Program-made: the position numbers and the translations under genes
Source: Myxococcota bacterium
GTDB lineage: Bacteria > Myxococcota > JACRCW01
Assembly (NCBI GenBank): GCA_040752415.1
Contig: JBFMGU010000031.1
Location: 1 to 56,791 of the forward strand
Length of the DNA stretch: 56,791 nt
Direction: 5' to 3'
In this document: positions 19,173 to 26,849 of the stretch, piece after piece
How the letters are laid out: the number at the start of each line of letters is the position of its first letter
Position numbering within the stretch: position 1 is the first letter of the stretch
The notes under the pieces: model-generated
Seen by the model: the letters and a program-made list of their open reading frames with translations, nothing else
Database searches by the model: none
Told to the model about the DNA's origin: nothing

Positions 19173-20134
19173 CCGTCGCCACGCGTGCGCTCCCCGACGA
19201 GCGGAAAGGTCGCAAGTCCACCGCCAAGGAGCTCAAGCACCTGCTGGCGTACGTGGTGCTGCGCGTCCTGTGGGGCGTGCTGAGCCGGCTGCCGGAGTTC
19301 GTGGTGTACGGGCTCGGCGGCCTCGTCGGAAAACTGTTGTGCCGGACCAAGCTGCGCAGGGTGGCGCGCGAGAACATCCGCCTGGCCTACGGTGACACCC
19401 CGCCCAGCCCGCGGTTCCCCACCGCCGACGCGCTCGCCGTGGGCTGCATGCAGCACTTTGGTGAGCTGTTCGCGGAGATGCTGCTGATGGACCGGTGGCA
19501 GAAGCGCATCCGCGCCCGTCTCGTCGAGGAGGACCCCAACCTCGAGCCGCACTCGCGTGAGCTGCTGAAGCTGGGGAAGGGCGTGGTGTTTGCCACCGGC
19601 CACCTTGCCAACTGGGAGCTGCTGGCGCGCGCGGTGGCCTCCAGCGGCTTCCCCTTCGCCGCCATGGCCAAGGCCGCGTTTGACCCACGCGTGGCGGATT
19701 GGCTCGTGCGCTGGCGCGCCGGTGGCGGCGTGAAGGTCCTCAACCGCGGCACGGGCGAGAGCGTGCGGGGACTGTTGGAGCGCATCCGCAGCGGGCTGGG
19801 CATCGCCGTGCTGGTGGACGTGGATACCAACGTGCACAGCGCGTGGGTGCCGTTCTTCGGCCGCCTGGCCAAGACGCCCACCGCCGCCGCGGACCTGGCC
19901 CTGCGCATGGACGCGCCCATCGTCGTGCTCTGGTCGTGGCGCATCTCCCGTGGGCGCTACGGCGCCTCATTCACCGAGATCCCCTACGAGAAGACCGGCA
20001 ACCGCACCGCCGACGCGGAACGCATCACCGCTGCGATCACGGCCGAGCTGGAACGGGCCATCCGCGCGCATCCCGAGCAGTGGATCTGGTCGCACAAGCG
20101 CTTCCGCAGTGCTCCGCCCACCACCGTTGCGTAA
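19169..20134 (+). CDS. Lipid A late acyltransferase (LpxL/HtrB family)
   Basis: TGHLANWEL (Hx4E), VPFFG, PEQWIWSHKRF; coupled to kdsC. Confidence 0.88.
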   Translation: MTVATRALPDERKGRKSTAKELKHLLAYVVLRVLWGVLSRLPEFVVYGLGGLVGKLLCRTKLRRVARENIRLAYGDTPPSPRFPTADALAVGCMQHFGELFAEMLLMDRWQKRIRARLVEEDPNLEPHSRELLKLGKGVVFATGHLANWELLARAVASSGFPFAAMAKAAFDPRVADWLVRWRAGGGVKVLNRGTGESVRGLLERIRSGLGIAVLVDVDTNVHSAWVPFFGRLAKTPTAAADLALRMDAPIVVLWSWRISRGRYGASFTEIPYEKTGNRTADAERITAAITAELERAIRAHPEQWIWSHKRFRSAPPTTVA

Positions 20135-20220
20135 CCACCTTCGCACCCCTCCGCGCCGCTGCGAGGGGATGCGTACCGCCCTTCGCAGCCGACCGAGGGA
20201 ATTGGCAGCGTCATCAATTG

Positions 20221-20233
20221 CAAGTGGCTGATT
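20221..20233 (-). promoter_or_regulatory. Putative IHF binding site
   Basis: Reverse complement AATCAGCCACTTG matches the IHF consensus WATCARNNNNTTR, about 30 nt upstream of the sigma54 motif. Confidence 0.55.
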
Positions 20234-20262
20234 TGTGACGAGCCTTTGGATCCGGGCGGGGT

Positions 20263-20278
20263 TGGCAGGCGCCTTGCT
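20263..20278 (+). promoter_or_regulatory. Sigma54 (-24/-12) promoter
   Basis: TGGCAGGCGCCTTGCT, with GG-N10-GC spacing and one mismatch to TGGCACGNNNNTTGCW; intergenic, upstream of ATG 20345. Confidence 0.75.
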
Positions 20279-20344
20279 GATGGCTCGGGCCGAGACCGCG
20301 GAGCTGCATGGCTGGGGGTCCGCGGTGTGGAGGCATTGAATCCA

Positions 20345-20554
20345 ATGAGTCCTTTCATGAAGAAGGCGCTGGGCACCACCTCCAATCGCCAGGGCACGGA
20401 GATCCTGGCTCGCACGCTCTACAAGGAGCTGCGCAGCAACGGCTGTGACCCCAACGAGGTCCTGGCCATCTGCACCGAGATGATCGACGAGGTCACCACG
20501 GAGCTGGCCAACCCCGACGTGGCCGTTGCCGAGACCGCGGCCCGCGCTTCCTGA
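20345..20554 (+). CDS. Small helical hypothetical protein (69 aa)
   Basis: GGAGG upstream; ILARTLYKELRSNG....VLAICTEMIDEVT; strong GC3 bias. Start could be 20357. Confidence 0.7.
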   Translation: MSPFMKKALGTTSNRQGTEILARTLYKELRSNGCDPNEVLAICTEMIDEVTTELANPDVAVAETAARAS

Positions 20555-20886
20555 AAGTCCATTCTCGCTCCCGGCCCGCTTCCTCCGGGTCGAGCGATAT
20601 TCAGCAGCCCCTCCAATTCACGCCCCACCTGCGCCGATTTCCAGCGTGTGGTGCGCGTGTGTCCGGGGCGGGCCACACCCCACACGGCGCCGCGTAGAAG
20701 GGGGCTGTCTGGGAAGGTGGGGTCTTGTAGGTAGGCGATTTTTGCGGACAATCGGCGCCCGGGGGCCGAAAAGTTGTGCTACAGAACGCGCTGTTGCTGC
20801 GCCGCGTTCCCGCCGACGCAAGTGGTTCGTGGACCGATGCCACCCGGGGGGATCACCTTGCGGCGCCGGCGCTGGGAGGCCCCGTC

Positions 20887-23631
20887 ATGAGAAGAGCGAG
20901 ATTCTCCAGTGGCTTGCTGTTGCCTGCGTTGGCGTCGCTGGTCCTGGCCACCGCCTGTGACCCGGCCCTCATCGACCAGGACGTCAAGGAAGGACCCGAC
21001 GAGCTGAGCGAGGAGGACCGTCAGTACATCGACGACGTCAACGCGGATCAGGACGCGGACATCAGTGACACGCGCGGTCGCGTGGATGCGCTGGAGAACA
21101 CGCTGGCCAACCTGTACCCGGTGGCGGCCATCGACAACAAGCTGAGCAGCTCGGCGGTGTCGGCCATCTTCGGGACGGACAGCCCCACGGTGGATCCGGA
21201 CACGGGTCGCAAGAAGGACGAACAATACGTCTCGGTGGAGCAGGCGCTGCGCTATCTGGCCTCCCGCAGCTCCTCGGGCGGCTCCAGCGGCGGCAGCGGC
21301 GGGTCGGCCACCGACGTCACGTACAACCCGGGCGGCGCGGCCAACGCCAACCAGAGCTTCGAGGCGGCGGACAGCGTGGAGGAGGCGCTGAACGCACTGC
21401 GTTGGGCGAGCCAGATCCGCATCACCCAGGCCAACACCAGCTGGGCGGGCGGCAACGTGGCCAGCGTGCAGGCGGCGCTGGAGGACCTGGATGACCGCGT
21501 GAGCGCGCTGGGCACCAGTGGCGGCGGAGGCAGCTCCGGCTCGTCGGGCGCCAGCGGGCCCGTGGCGGCCAGCAACGTGCAGGCGGGTCCCAACGCCACC
21601 GACACCTTTGGTCCTGGCACGTATCCGTGGCTGGATCCGTCGGACAACTACCCGGACATCAACTCGGCCACCAACGTGAAGCAGGCCATCAACGCGCTAC
21701 GCTTCATCAACACCGACGGCACCTACTTCGAGACCAGCGGTCACCCGCTTGCGTACGGGTACGTGTCGGAGGCGGTGCTGGCGTTGGACCGTCGGTCCAA
21801 TGAGCTGGAGACGTTCATCAGCAGCTACACGCAGAGCAGCGGCAGCTTTGTGACGGCGGACGGTGTGACCTTCAACGCCAACGGGCTGGACATCCCCAAC
21901 GCCACCCAGCGCGACACCAGCCCCTACCAGCTCCCTCTCGCCGGCAACACGCTGACGGAGGTGATCCAGGAGCTGACGTACATCGTCGAGGGGAACCGCT
22001 GGGCGGACCGCATCAGCGTGGACTTCAGCCAGGCGCCGCTCAATGACAGCCGCTGGGCGCCGGACAGCACCATCCGCGACGGGCAGTTCCGCGTGGGCGC
22101 CGACGGCCAATACCTGGACCAGGTGCTGCGCAAGATCCACGAGGAGCTGGATGACCTGTACACCACGGTGCAGAACGGTGGCGGCGGAAGCAGCAGCAGC
22201 GGCGGCATCACCGGGCCCATCTACGCGGCGGACGTGCTGTACGACCCGACCACGGCCAACAGCACGCTGACCTTTGGCGGCTCGACGAACGTGGACCAGG
22301 CGCTCGGCGCGCTGCGCTACAGCAAGAACGTGAAGTACAACCCCACCACCGCCAATGACACGCTGGTGTTCAGCGACGCGCAGTACGTGGAGCAGGCCAT
22401 TGGCGCGCTGCGCTACTCCGACCAGGTCAAGTATGACCCAACCACCGCGAACAGCGCGTTGACGTTCGGGACGGCTGGCTACGTGCAGGATGCCATTGGT
22501 GCGCTGCGCTACTCCAGCAACGTGCGCTACGACCCGACCACCGCGAACAGCGCGCTGGTGTTCGAGAACACGACGTACGTGCAGGACGCCATTGGTGCGC
22601 TGCGCTACTCCAGCAACGTGCGGTTCGACCCGGGCACCATTCCCGAGCTCAGCGGCGCGAACAACGTGCAGGTGGCGATCACCACGCTCTACCAGGTGAC
22701 CAACGCGGCGATTGCGAACATTGGCACCACGCTGCTGAATGACAACACGTTCATCACGAACCTGAGCACGGCCATCACCAACACCGCCGTGTTCACGACG
22801 ACGGTGAACAACCTGATCAGCAACTACTTCGCGAACAACCAGCAGAACCTGCAGATTGATGCCCAGCAGGTCACCATCAACCAGCTCAACCCGGCCGACT
22901 TTGGCGGCGGCGACCGGGCCGACGAGGCGCTGCAGTACCTGGAGAACGAGAACGACACGCAGAACGCCGACATTACGGCGATCCGCAACGTGACGGACAC
23001 GACCTTCAGGGACAATCTCCGGGCGTTCCTGGACAGCTATATGGGCGAGCAGACCGTGCTCCAGAACATCGCCAACAACGCGTTCTTCTACAACGCCCTC
23101 GCGACGAACAACCAGTTCATCGACGCGCTGTTCAACAATACCTACTTCACCAACAAGCTCTTCGAGCAAGGTGGCGGAGGCGGCTATATCCTCGGCCCGA
23201 CGGACACGACCCACACGGGCGCCATCAGCGTCGACACCAAGGTGGGTCTTGCAGCCGCGGCTCAGCTGTGCGTGAACAAGTACGCTGTCAGCACGGCGCA
23301 CGTCTGCTCCACCGTCGAGGCAGCGAACGCCATGGCCAAGGGCATCACGGGGACCGTGGCCGCAGCGCTGGCGGGCGGCGGGCAGATGTGGGTGTGGTCG
23401 CCGACAGTGAACGTCAATGCCAACCGTACCCAGACCGGGGATGGTGGCGACACCCTGGTGGCGAATTGCCAGGACTTCCTCTACCAGACCAACAACGTCG
23501 CGTCCGGCACGTACGCGCTTTGGGTGGCGAACAACCAGCCGACCGCAGGCGGCCTGACGGGTAACGTGCTGGCCTACCGCCAGGTCAATGGCGCGTGTCA
23601 GACGCAGCGCAAGATCTTGTGTTGTCGCTAG
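20887..23631 (+). CDS. Fibre-like repeat lipoprotein with a C-terminal Cys-rich head domain
   Basis: GGAGG RBS; lipobox LATAC; many A..V.Y...V.(Q/E)A(L/I)..L motifs, short coiled-coil segments, Gly/Ser hinges, NxxF segments; head with six Cys ending ILCCR. Confidence 0.75.
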   Translation: MRRARFSSGLLLPALASLVLATACDPALIDQDVKEGPDELSEEDRQYIDDVNADQDADISDTRGRVDALENTLANLYPVAAIDNKLSSSAVSAIFGTDSPTVDPDTGRKKDEQYVSVEQALRYLASRSSSGGSSGGSGGSATDVTYNPGGAANANQSFEAADSVEEALNALRWASQIRITQANTSWAGGNVASVQAALEDLDDRVSALGTSGGGGSSGSSGASGPVAASNVQAGPNATDTFGPGTYPWLDPSDNYPDINSATNVKQAINALRFINTDGTYFETSGHPLAYGYVSEAVLALDRRSNELETFISSYTQSSGSFVTADGVTFNANGLDIPNATQRDTSPYQLPLAGNTLTEVIQELTYIVEGNRWADRISVDFSQAPLNDSRWAPDSTIRDGQFRVGADGQYLDQVLRKIHEELDDLYTTVQNGGGGSSSSGGITGPIYAADVLYDPTTANSTLTFGGSTNVDQALGALRYSKNVKYNPTTANDTLVFSDAQYVEQAIGALRYSDQVKYDPTTANSALTFGTAGYVQDAIGALRYSSNVRYDPTTANSALVFENTTYVQDAIGALRYSSNVRFDPGTIPELSGANNVQVAITTLYQVTNAAIANIGTTLLNDNTFITNLSTAITNTAVFTTTVNNLISNYFANNQQNLQIDAQQVTINQLNPADFGGGDRADEALQYLENENDTQNADITAIRNVTDTTFRDNLRAFLDSYMGEQTVLQNIANNAFFYNALATNNQFIDALFNNTYFTNKLFEQGGGGGYILGPTDTTHTGAISVDTKVGLAAAAQLCVNKYAVSTAHVCSTVEAANAMAKGITGTVAAALAGGGQMWVWSPTVNVNANRTQTGDGGDTLVANCQDFLYQTNNVASGTYALWVANNQPTAGGLTGNVLAYRQVNGACQTQRKILCCR
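22231..22690 (+). repeat. 96-bp (32-aa) tandem repeat, four full units plus one divergent unit
   Basis: Units start at 22231, 22327, 22423, 22519 and 22615; consensus V.YDPTTANS.L.F....YV..AIGALRYS. Confidence 0.92.
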
Positions 23632-23652
23632 AATCTCGCCACTCTCCCGAAC

Positions 23653-25164
23653 GTGTTGCCCGTTCGTCGGCTCGGTCTCGTGCTTGGGCTGTGTGTTGTC
23701 AGCAGCCTCATCCACGCCTCCGCCGAGATTCCCTTGGGCCTCGAGGAGGAGCTTCAGGGCGCGCTCGATATCTATGAGCGGGGGTGGCGCGAGCTGCGTG
23801 TTGATGCGCTCGATCCCGGCGAGATGGAGGAAGACGCGAGGCTGGGCCAGTCCCTGTTCGAGGACCCATCCTTCCCGTTGGACCTGATCTTCGTCTTTGG
23901 CGACGAGACTTTTGAGCTGGAGCGGGGGGGGCGCGGGTTCGGGAACGGCCTGGTTGTGCCGCCGGGGGGCGCACGCGCGCCGCCGAATCTTCGCAGGGTC
24001 CACTTCGGGGCGTTCGGAGCTCCCGAGGGTTCATCCTGTCTGGGCTGCCATTCCCGCGGGGGCCTCAACGGAGCGGGTACCCGGACGCAGAACATCTTGC
24101 TGGCCGGAGATGGCGAACACGCCTCCAGTGCCTTGGAGCGAAATCCGCCGCATGTCTTGGGACTGGGACCGGTCGCAAAGCTCGCCGAGGAGATGACTAC
24201 CGAAATCCAAGCGAACGCGGCGTCCGCCATTGATTGGGCACGTCAAAGTGGAGAGGCCCAAACCGTGAGCCTGACGGCCAAGGGGATTGACTTTGGTTCT
24301 GTGGTCGCTTTTCCGGATGGCACGTTGGATACCTCCGGACTGCAGGCCATCGACCACGACCTTGTGGTCAAACCCTTTGGATGGAAGGGGAACCTCCCCA
24401 CGCTTCGATTCGCTTCGGACCAGGCATTCAGTATCCACTTTGGTTTGCAGTCCGACGAGCTGATCAACCGAGCCAAGCTGGCTAGCACGCACGATGTCGT
24501 TGGCCCCCCGGAGCCAAACTGGTTTGATCCGGATCAAGACGGAGTCCAAACCGAGGTATCCGAAGGACAGTTGTCATCCTTGGAGACATACTTTTCCCTG
24601 CTCGAGATCCCGCTGATCGCTCCTCCAGAGGACGAGACTCTTTTGCATTACTGGTCAGAGGGTGCCAGGCGCTTCGACGAGTTCGGGTGCCTGAGCTGCC
24701 ACGCAGCCCTGAGACTACAAGATCCCGTTCTGTGCGTTGGTCGAGTTGGCGGCAGACCTGGCCGTTGTGTCGATCTTCGAACCGACTCCGAAGCTCCGCA
24801 AATCGCCGCCGTGCCAAACACCCTGGGCCAGCTCTTTCCGCTAACCCCCGGTCAAGGCGGCTACGAAGTAGCGTTGTTTTCCGACCTGCGTCGGCATGAC
24901 ATGGGACCTGACCTGGCGGAACCGCAACCTGACCAGGGCGTTGCTGGACGGATGTGGCTGACCAGGCCGCTGTGGGGGCTCGCGGACACGGCGCCATATC
25001 TCCACGACGGTCGCGCGAGCGACGTAGACGAAGCCATCCGCTGGCACGGAGGCGAGGCCGCACCTGCGCGCCAGGCATACGTCGACGCCGAGGAATCCCA
25101 GCGTGCAGCGTTGCGCGTCTTTTTGATGTCGTTGACGCGGGAAGCAAAGATCCTGGTGCAATGA
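23653..25164 (+). CDS. Exported di-heme c-type protein, DHOR/DUF1111 (di-heme oxidoreductase) type, copy A
   Basis: Sec-type signal ending ASA; CLGCH (24037-24051) and CLSCH (24688-24702); LGLG, FGWKG, SDLRRHDMG, TRPLWG, PYLHDGRA, EAIRWHGGEA. Confidence 0.85.
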   Translation: MLPVRRLGLVLGLCVVSSLIHASAEIPLGLEEELQGALDIYERGWRELRVDALDPGEMEEDARLGQSLFEDPSFPLDLIFVFGDETFELERGGRGFGNGLVVPPGGARAPPNLRRVHFGAFGAPEGSSCLGCHSRGGLNGAGTRTQNILLAGDGEHASSALERNPPHVLGLGPVAKLAEEMTTEIQANAASAIDWARQSGEAQTVSLTAKGIDFGSVVAFPDGTLDTSGLQAIDHDLVVKPFGWKGNLPTLRFASDQAFSIHFGLQSDELINRAKLASTHDVVGPPEPNWFDPDQDGVQTEVSEGQLSSLETYFSLLEIPLIAPPEDETLLHYWSEGARRFDEFGCLSCHAALRLQDPVLCVGRVGGRPGRCVDLRTDSEAPQIAAVPNTLGQLFPLTPGQGGYEVALFSDLRRHDMGPDLAEPQPDQGVAGRMWLTRPLWGLADTAPYLHDGRASDVDEAIRWHGGEAAPARQAYVDAEESQRAALRVFLMSLTREAKILVQ

Positions 25165-26798
25165 TGAGGAACCGCGCGTTCACGATTGTCGTACTGCTCA
25201 GCGCGGCATGTGTCGGGACAGCCCGACTGGAAGGCCCCGTGCGGGCGGCAGGAGACGGTGGCGCTCCGCGCGCCGATGCCTCGGTGAACGACGCGGGGTC
25301 GCATGACGCTGGTTGGCAGGACGCGGGGCTGATCACTTGCGATCCTGGCATTCCAGCATGGTTTCCCGGTGAAGGTCCTCGAACACCATCAATCAGCCTG
25401 GATGGCGCGGCAGCGGCCAAGCGGCGTGCGCTGGAGAGGAGGCGGCTGCGTCTGTTGGAGGCGCTTCTGCCGGGAAGCGAGTGGGCGACGCTTCGAGTGG
25501 AGCAGGCCGACATCACGTGCGGGCGAGTCGAGTGGCGACGTCTGGTGGATATTGGCAGGGGGATCTTTGAGCATGTTTTCACCACACGTGAGGGTCTCGG
25601 CAATGGCCTGGCGGGATTGGATACTTCTGTAGGAACCCGCCCAGCGCCGAACTTTCGCCGTTTCCAATACGCGGAGTTTGGCGGTCCAGAAACGGTAACG
25701 TGCACCAGTTGCCACTGGAAAGGAGGGGAACACGGTGCTGGTGATCGCACCGACAACAGCTACCTGTTGGGCGACGGAGACGCGTGGAGCACCCACGACG
25801 AAAGAAACCCGCCAGCCCTGCTGGGGCTCGGCTGGGTACAAATTGCGGCTCAGGAGATGAACGGCGAGCTGGCGGCAATTCGAGACCTGGCGATTGCGGA
25901 GGCGCGTCGAGACAATGCCTTCAAATCAGTTTCGCTCGTCGCCAAGGGAATCTCCTTTGGAGAGCTCCTGGTTGCGCCCGATGGGTCGGTGGATGCTGCA
26001 GGCGTTGTGGGGGTGGACAAGGACCTGGTCATCAAGCCCTTCGGCTGGAAGGGTGTGTGGCCCAACATCCGACGATTCGCGGAGGGTTCGCTGCAGTTCC
26101 ACTTTGGCATCCAATCGGAAACGCTCGTGGAAGAGCACAAGCAGCATCCCATCCCTGAGCGCGTGGGTAACGGCCCCAATCCGGACGACCCGGACAACGA
26201 CGGAGTTGTACGGGAGCTCACGCAGGGACAGCTCAGCGCGCTGGAAGCCTACCTTGCCACCCTCGAGGTTGGCGTTACCGAAGTGCCGCAAGCCTCGGAG
26301 TGGGCGCAGGCGTGGATTGCTGGCGAGGCGTTGTTCTCATCCATTGGTTGCGCAACGTGCCACGTGCCGTACCTGGAGGTCGATTCCTCGACTTATCGGA
26401 TCACACCAGAAACCGGCGGCCACCCCGACGTGGTCATTGACCTCGCGCAACAGTCCGCGGAACCACGTCCTCAGCGCGATCCGATTACTGGTCGATACCG
26501 GGTCTATTTCTATAGCGACTTCCGCAGACACGACATGGGCGACGAGATGAGGGGCCCGAACATCGAGCGGGGCGTGGGGCGAACGACATATCTGACGCGG
26601 CGACTGTGGGGGCTGTCCCGCAGCTCGCCCTACTTGTACGACGGCCGAGCAGCAACGTTTGACGAGGCCATTGCCGCGCACGGTGGCGAGGCGGCGGGCG
26701 CGCGTGATGCATTTCAATCGCTTGAAAGCGCCCAACAGGGTCAGCTTAGGATGTTCCTGTTGAGCCTTACGCGTGCAAGGGACGCCATAGTCCGGTGA
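25161..26798 (+). CDS. Di-heme c-type lipoprotein, DHOR/DUF1111 type, copy B
   Basis: ATGA overlap with copy A; lipobox SAAC; CTSCH (25701-25715) and CATCH (26349-26363); FGWKG, SDFRRHDMG, TRRLWG, PYLYDGRA, HGGEA. Confidence 0.85.
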   Translation: MMRNRAFTIVVLLSAACVGTARLEGPVRAAGDGGAPRADASVNDAGSHDAGWQDAGLITCDPGIPAWFPGEGPRTPSISLDGAAAAKRRALERRRLRLLEALLPGSEWATLRVEQADITCGRVEWRRLVDIGRGIFEHVFTTREGLGNGLAGLDTSVGTRPAPNFRRFQYAEFGGPETVTCTSCHWKGGEHGAGDRTDNSYLLGDGDAWSTHDERNPPALLGLGWVQIAAQEMNGELAAIRDLAIAEARRDNAFKSVSLVAKGISFGELLVAPDGSVDAAGVVGVDKDLVIKPFGWKGVWPNIRRFAEGSLQFHFGIQSETLVEEHKQHPIPERVGNGPNPDDPDNDGVVRELTQGQLSALEAYLATLEVGVTEVPQASEWAQAWIAGEALFSSIGCATCHVPYLEVDSSTYRITPETGGHPDVVIDLAQQSAEPRPQRDPITGRYRVYFYSDFRRHDMGDEMRGPNIERGVGRTTYLTRRLWGLSRSSPYLYDGRAATFDEAIAAHGGEAAGARDAFQSLESAQQGQLRMFLLSLTRARDAIVR

Positions 26799-26849
26799 CG
26801 CCCGCTGTCACGTGGTTTGTCAGGGCCGGCGCATCGCAGCAAAACCGGC

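Noticed and set aside
22231..22690. 96-bp tandem array as a CRISPR array or diversity-generating retroelement repeat
   Set aside because: In-frame coding repeat with no unique spacers; no cas or reverse transcriptase gene in the window.
20887..23631. Fibre gene as a prophage remnant
   Set aside because: It has a lipoprotein signal and there are no other phage genes, integrase or att sites.
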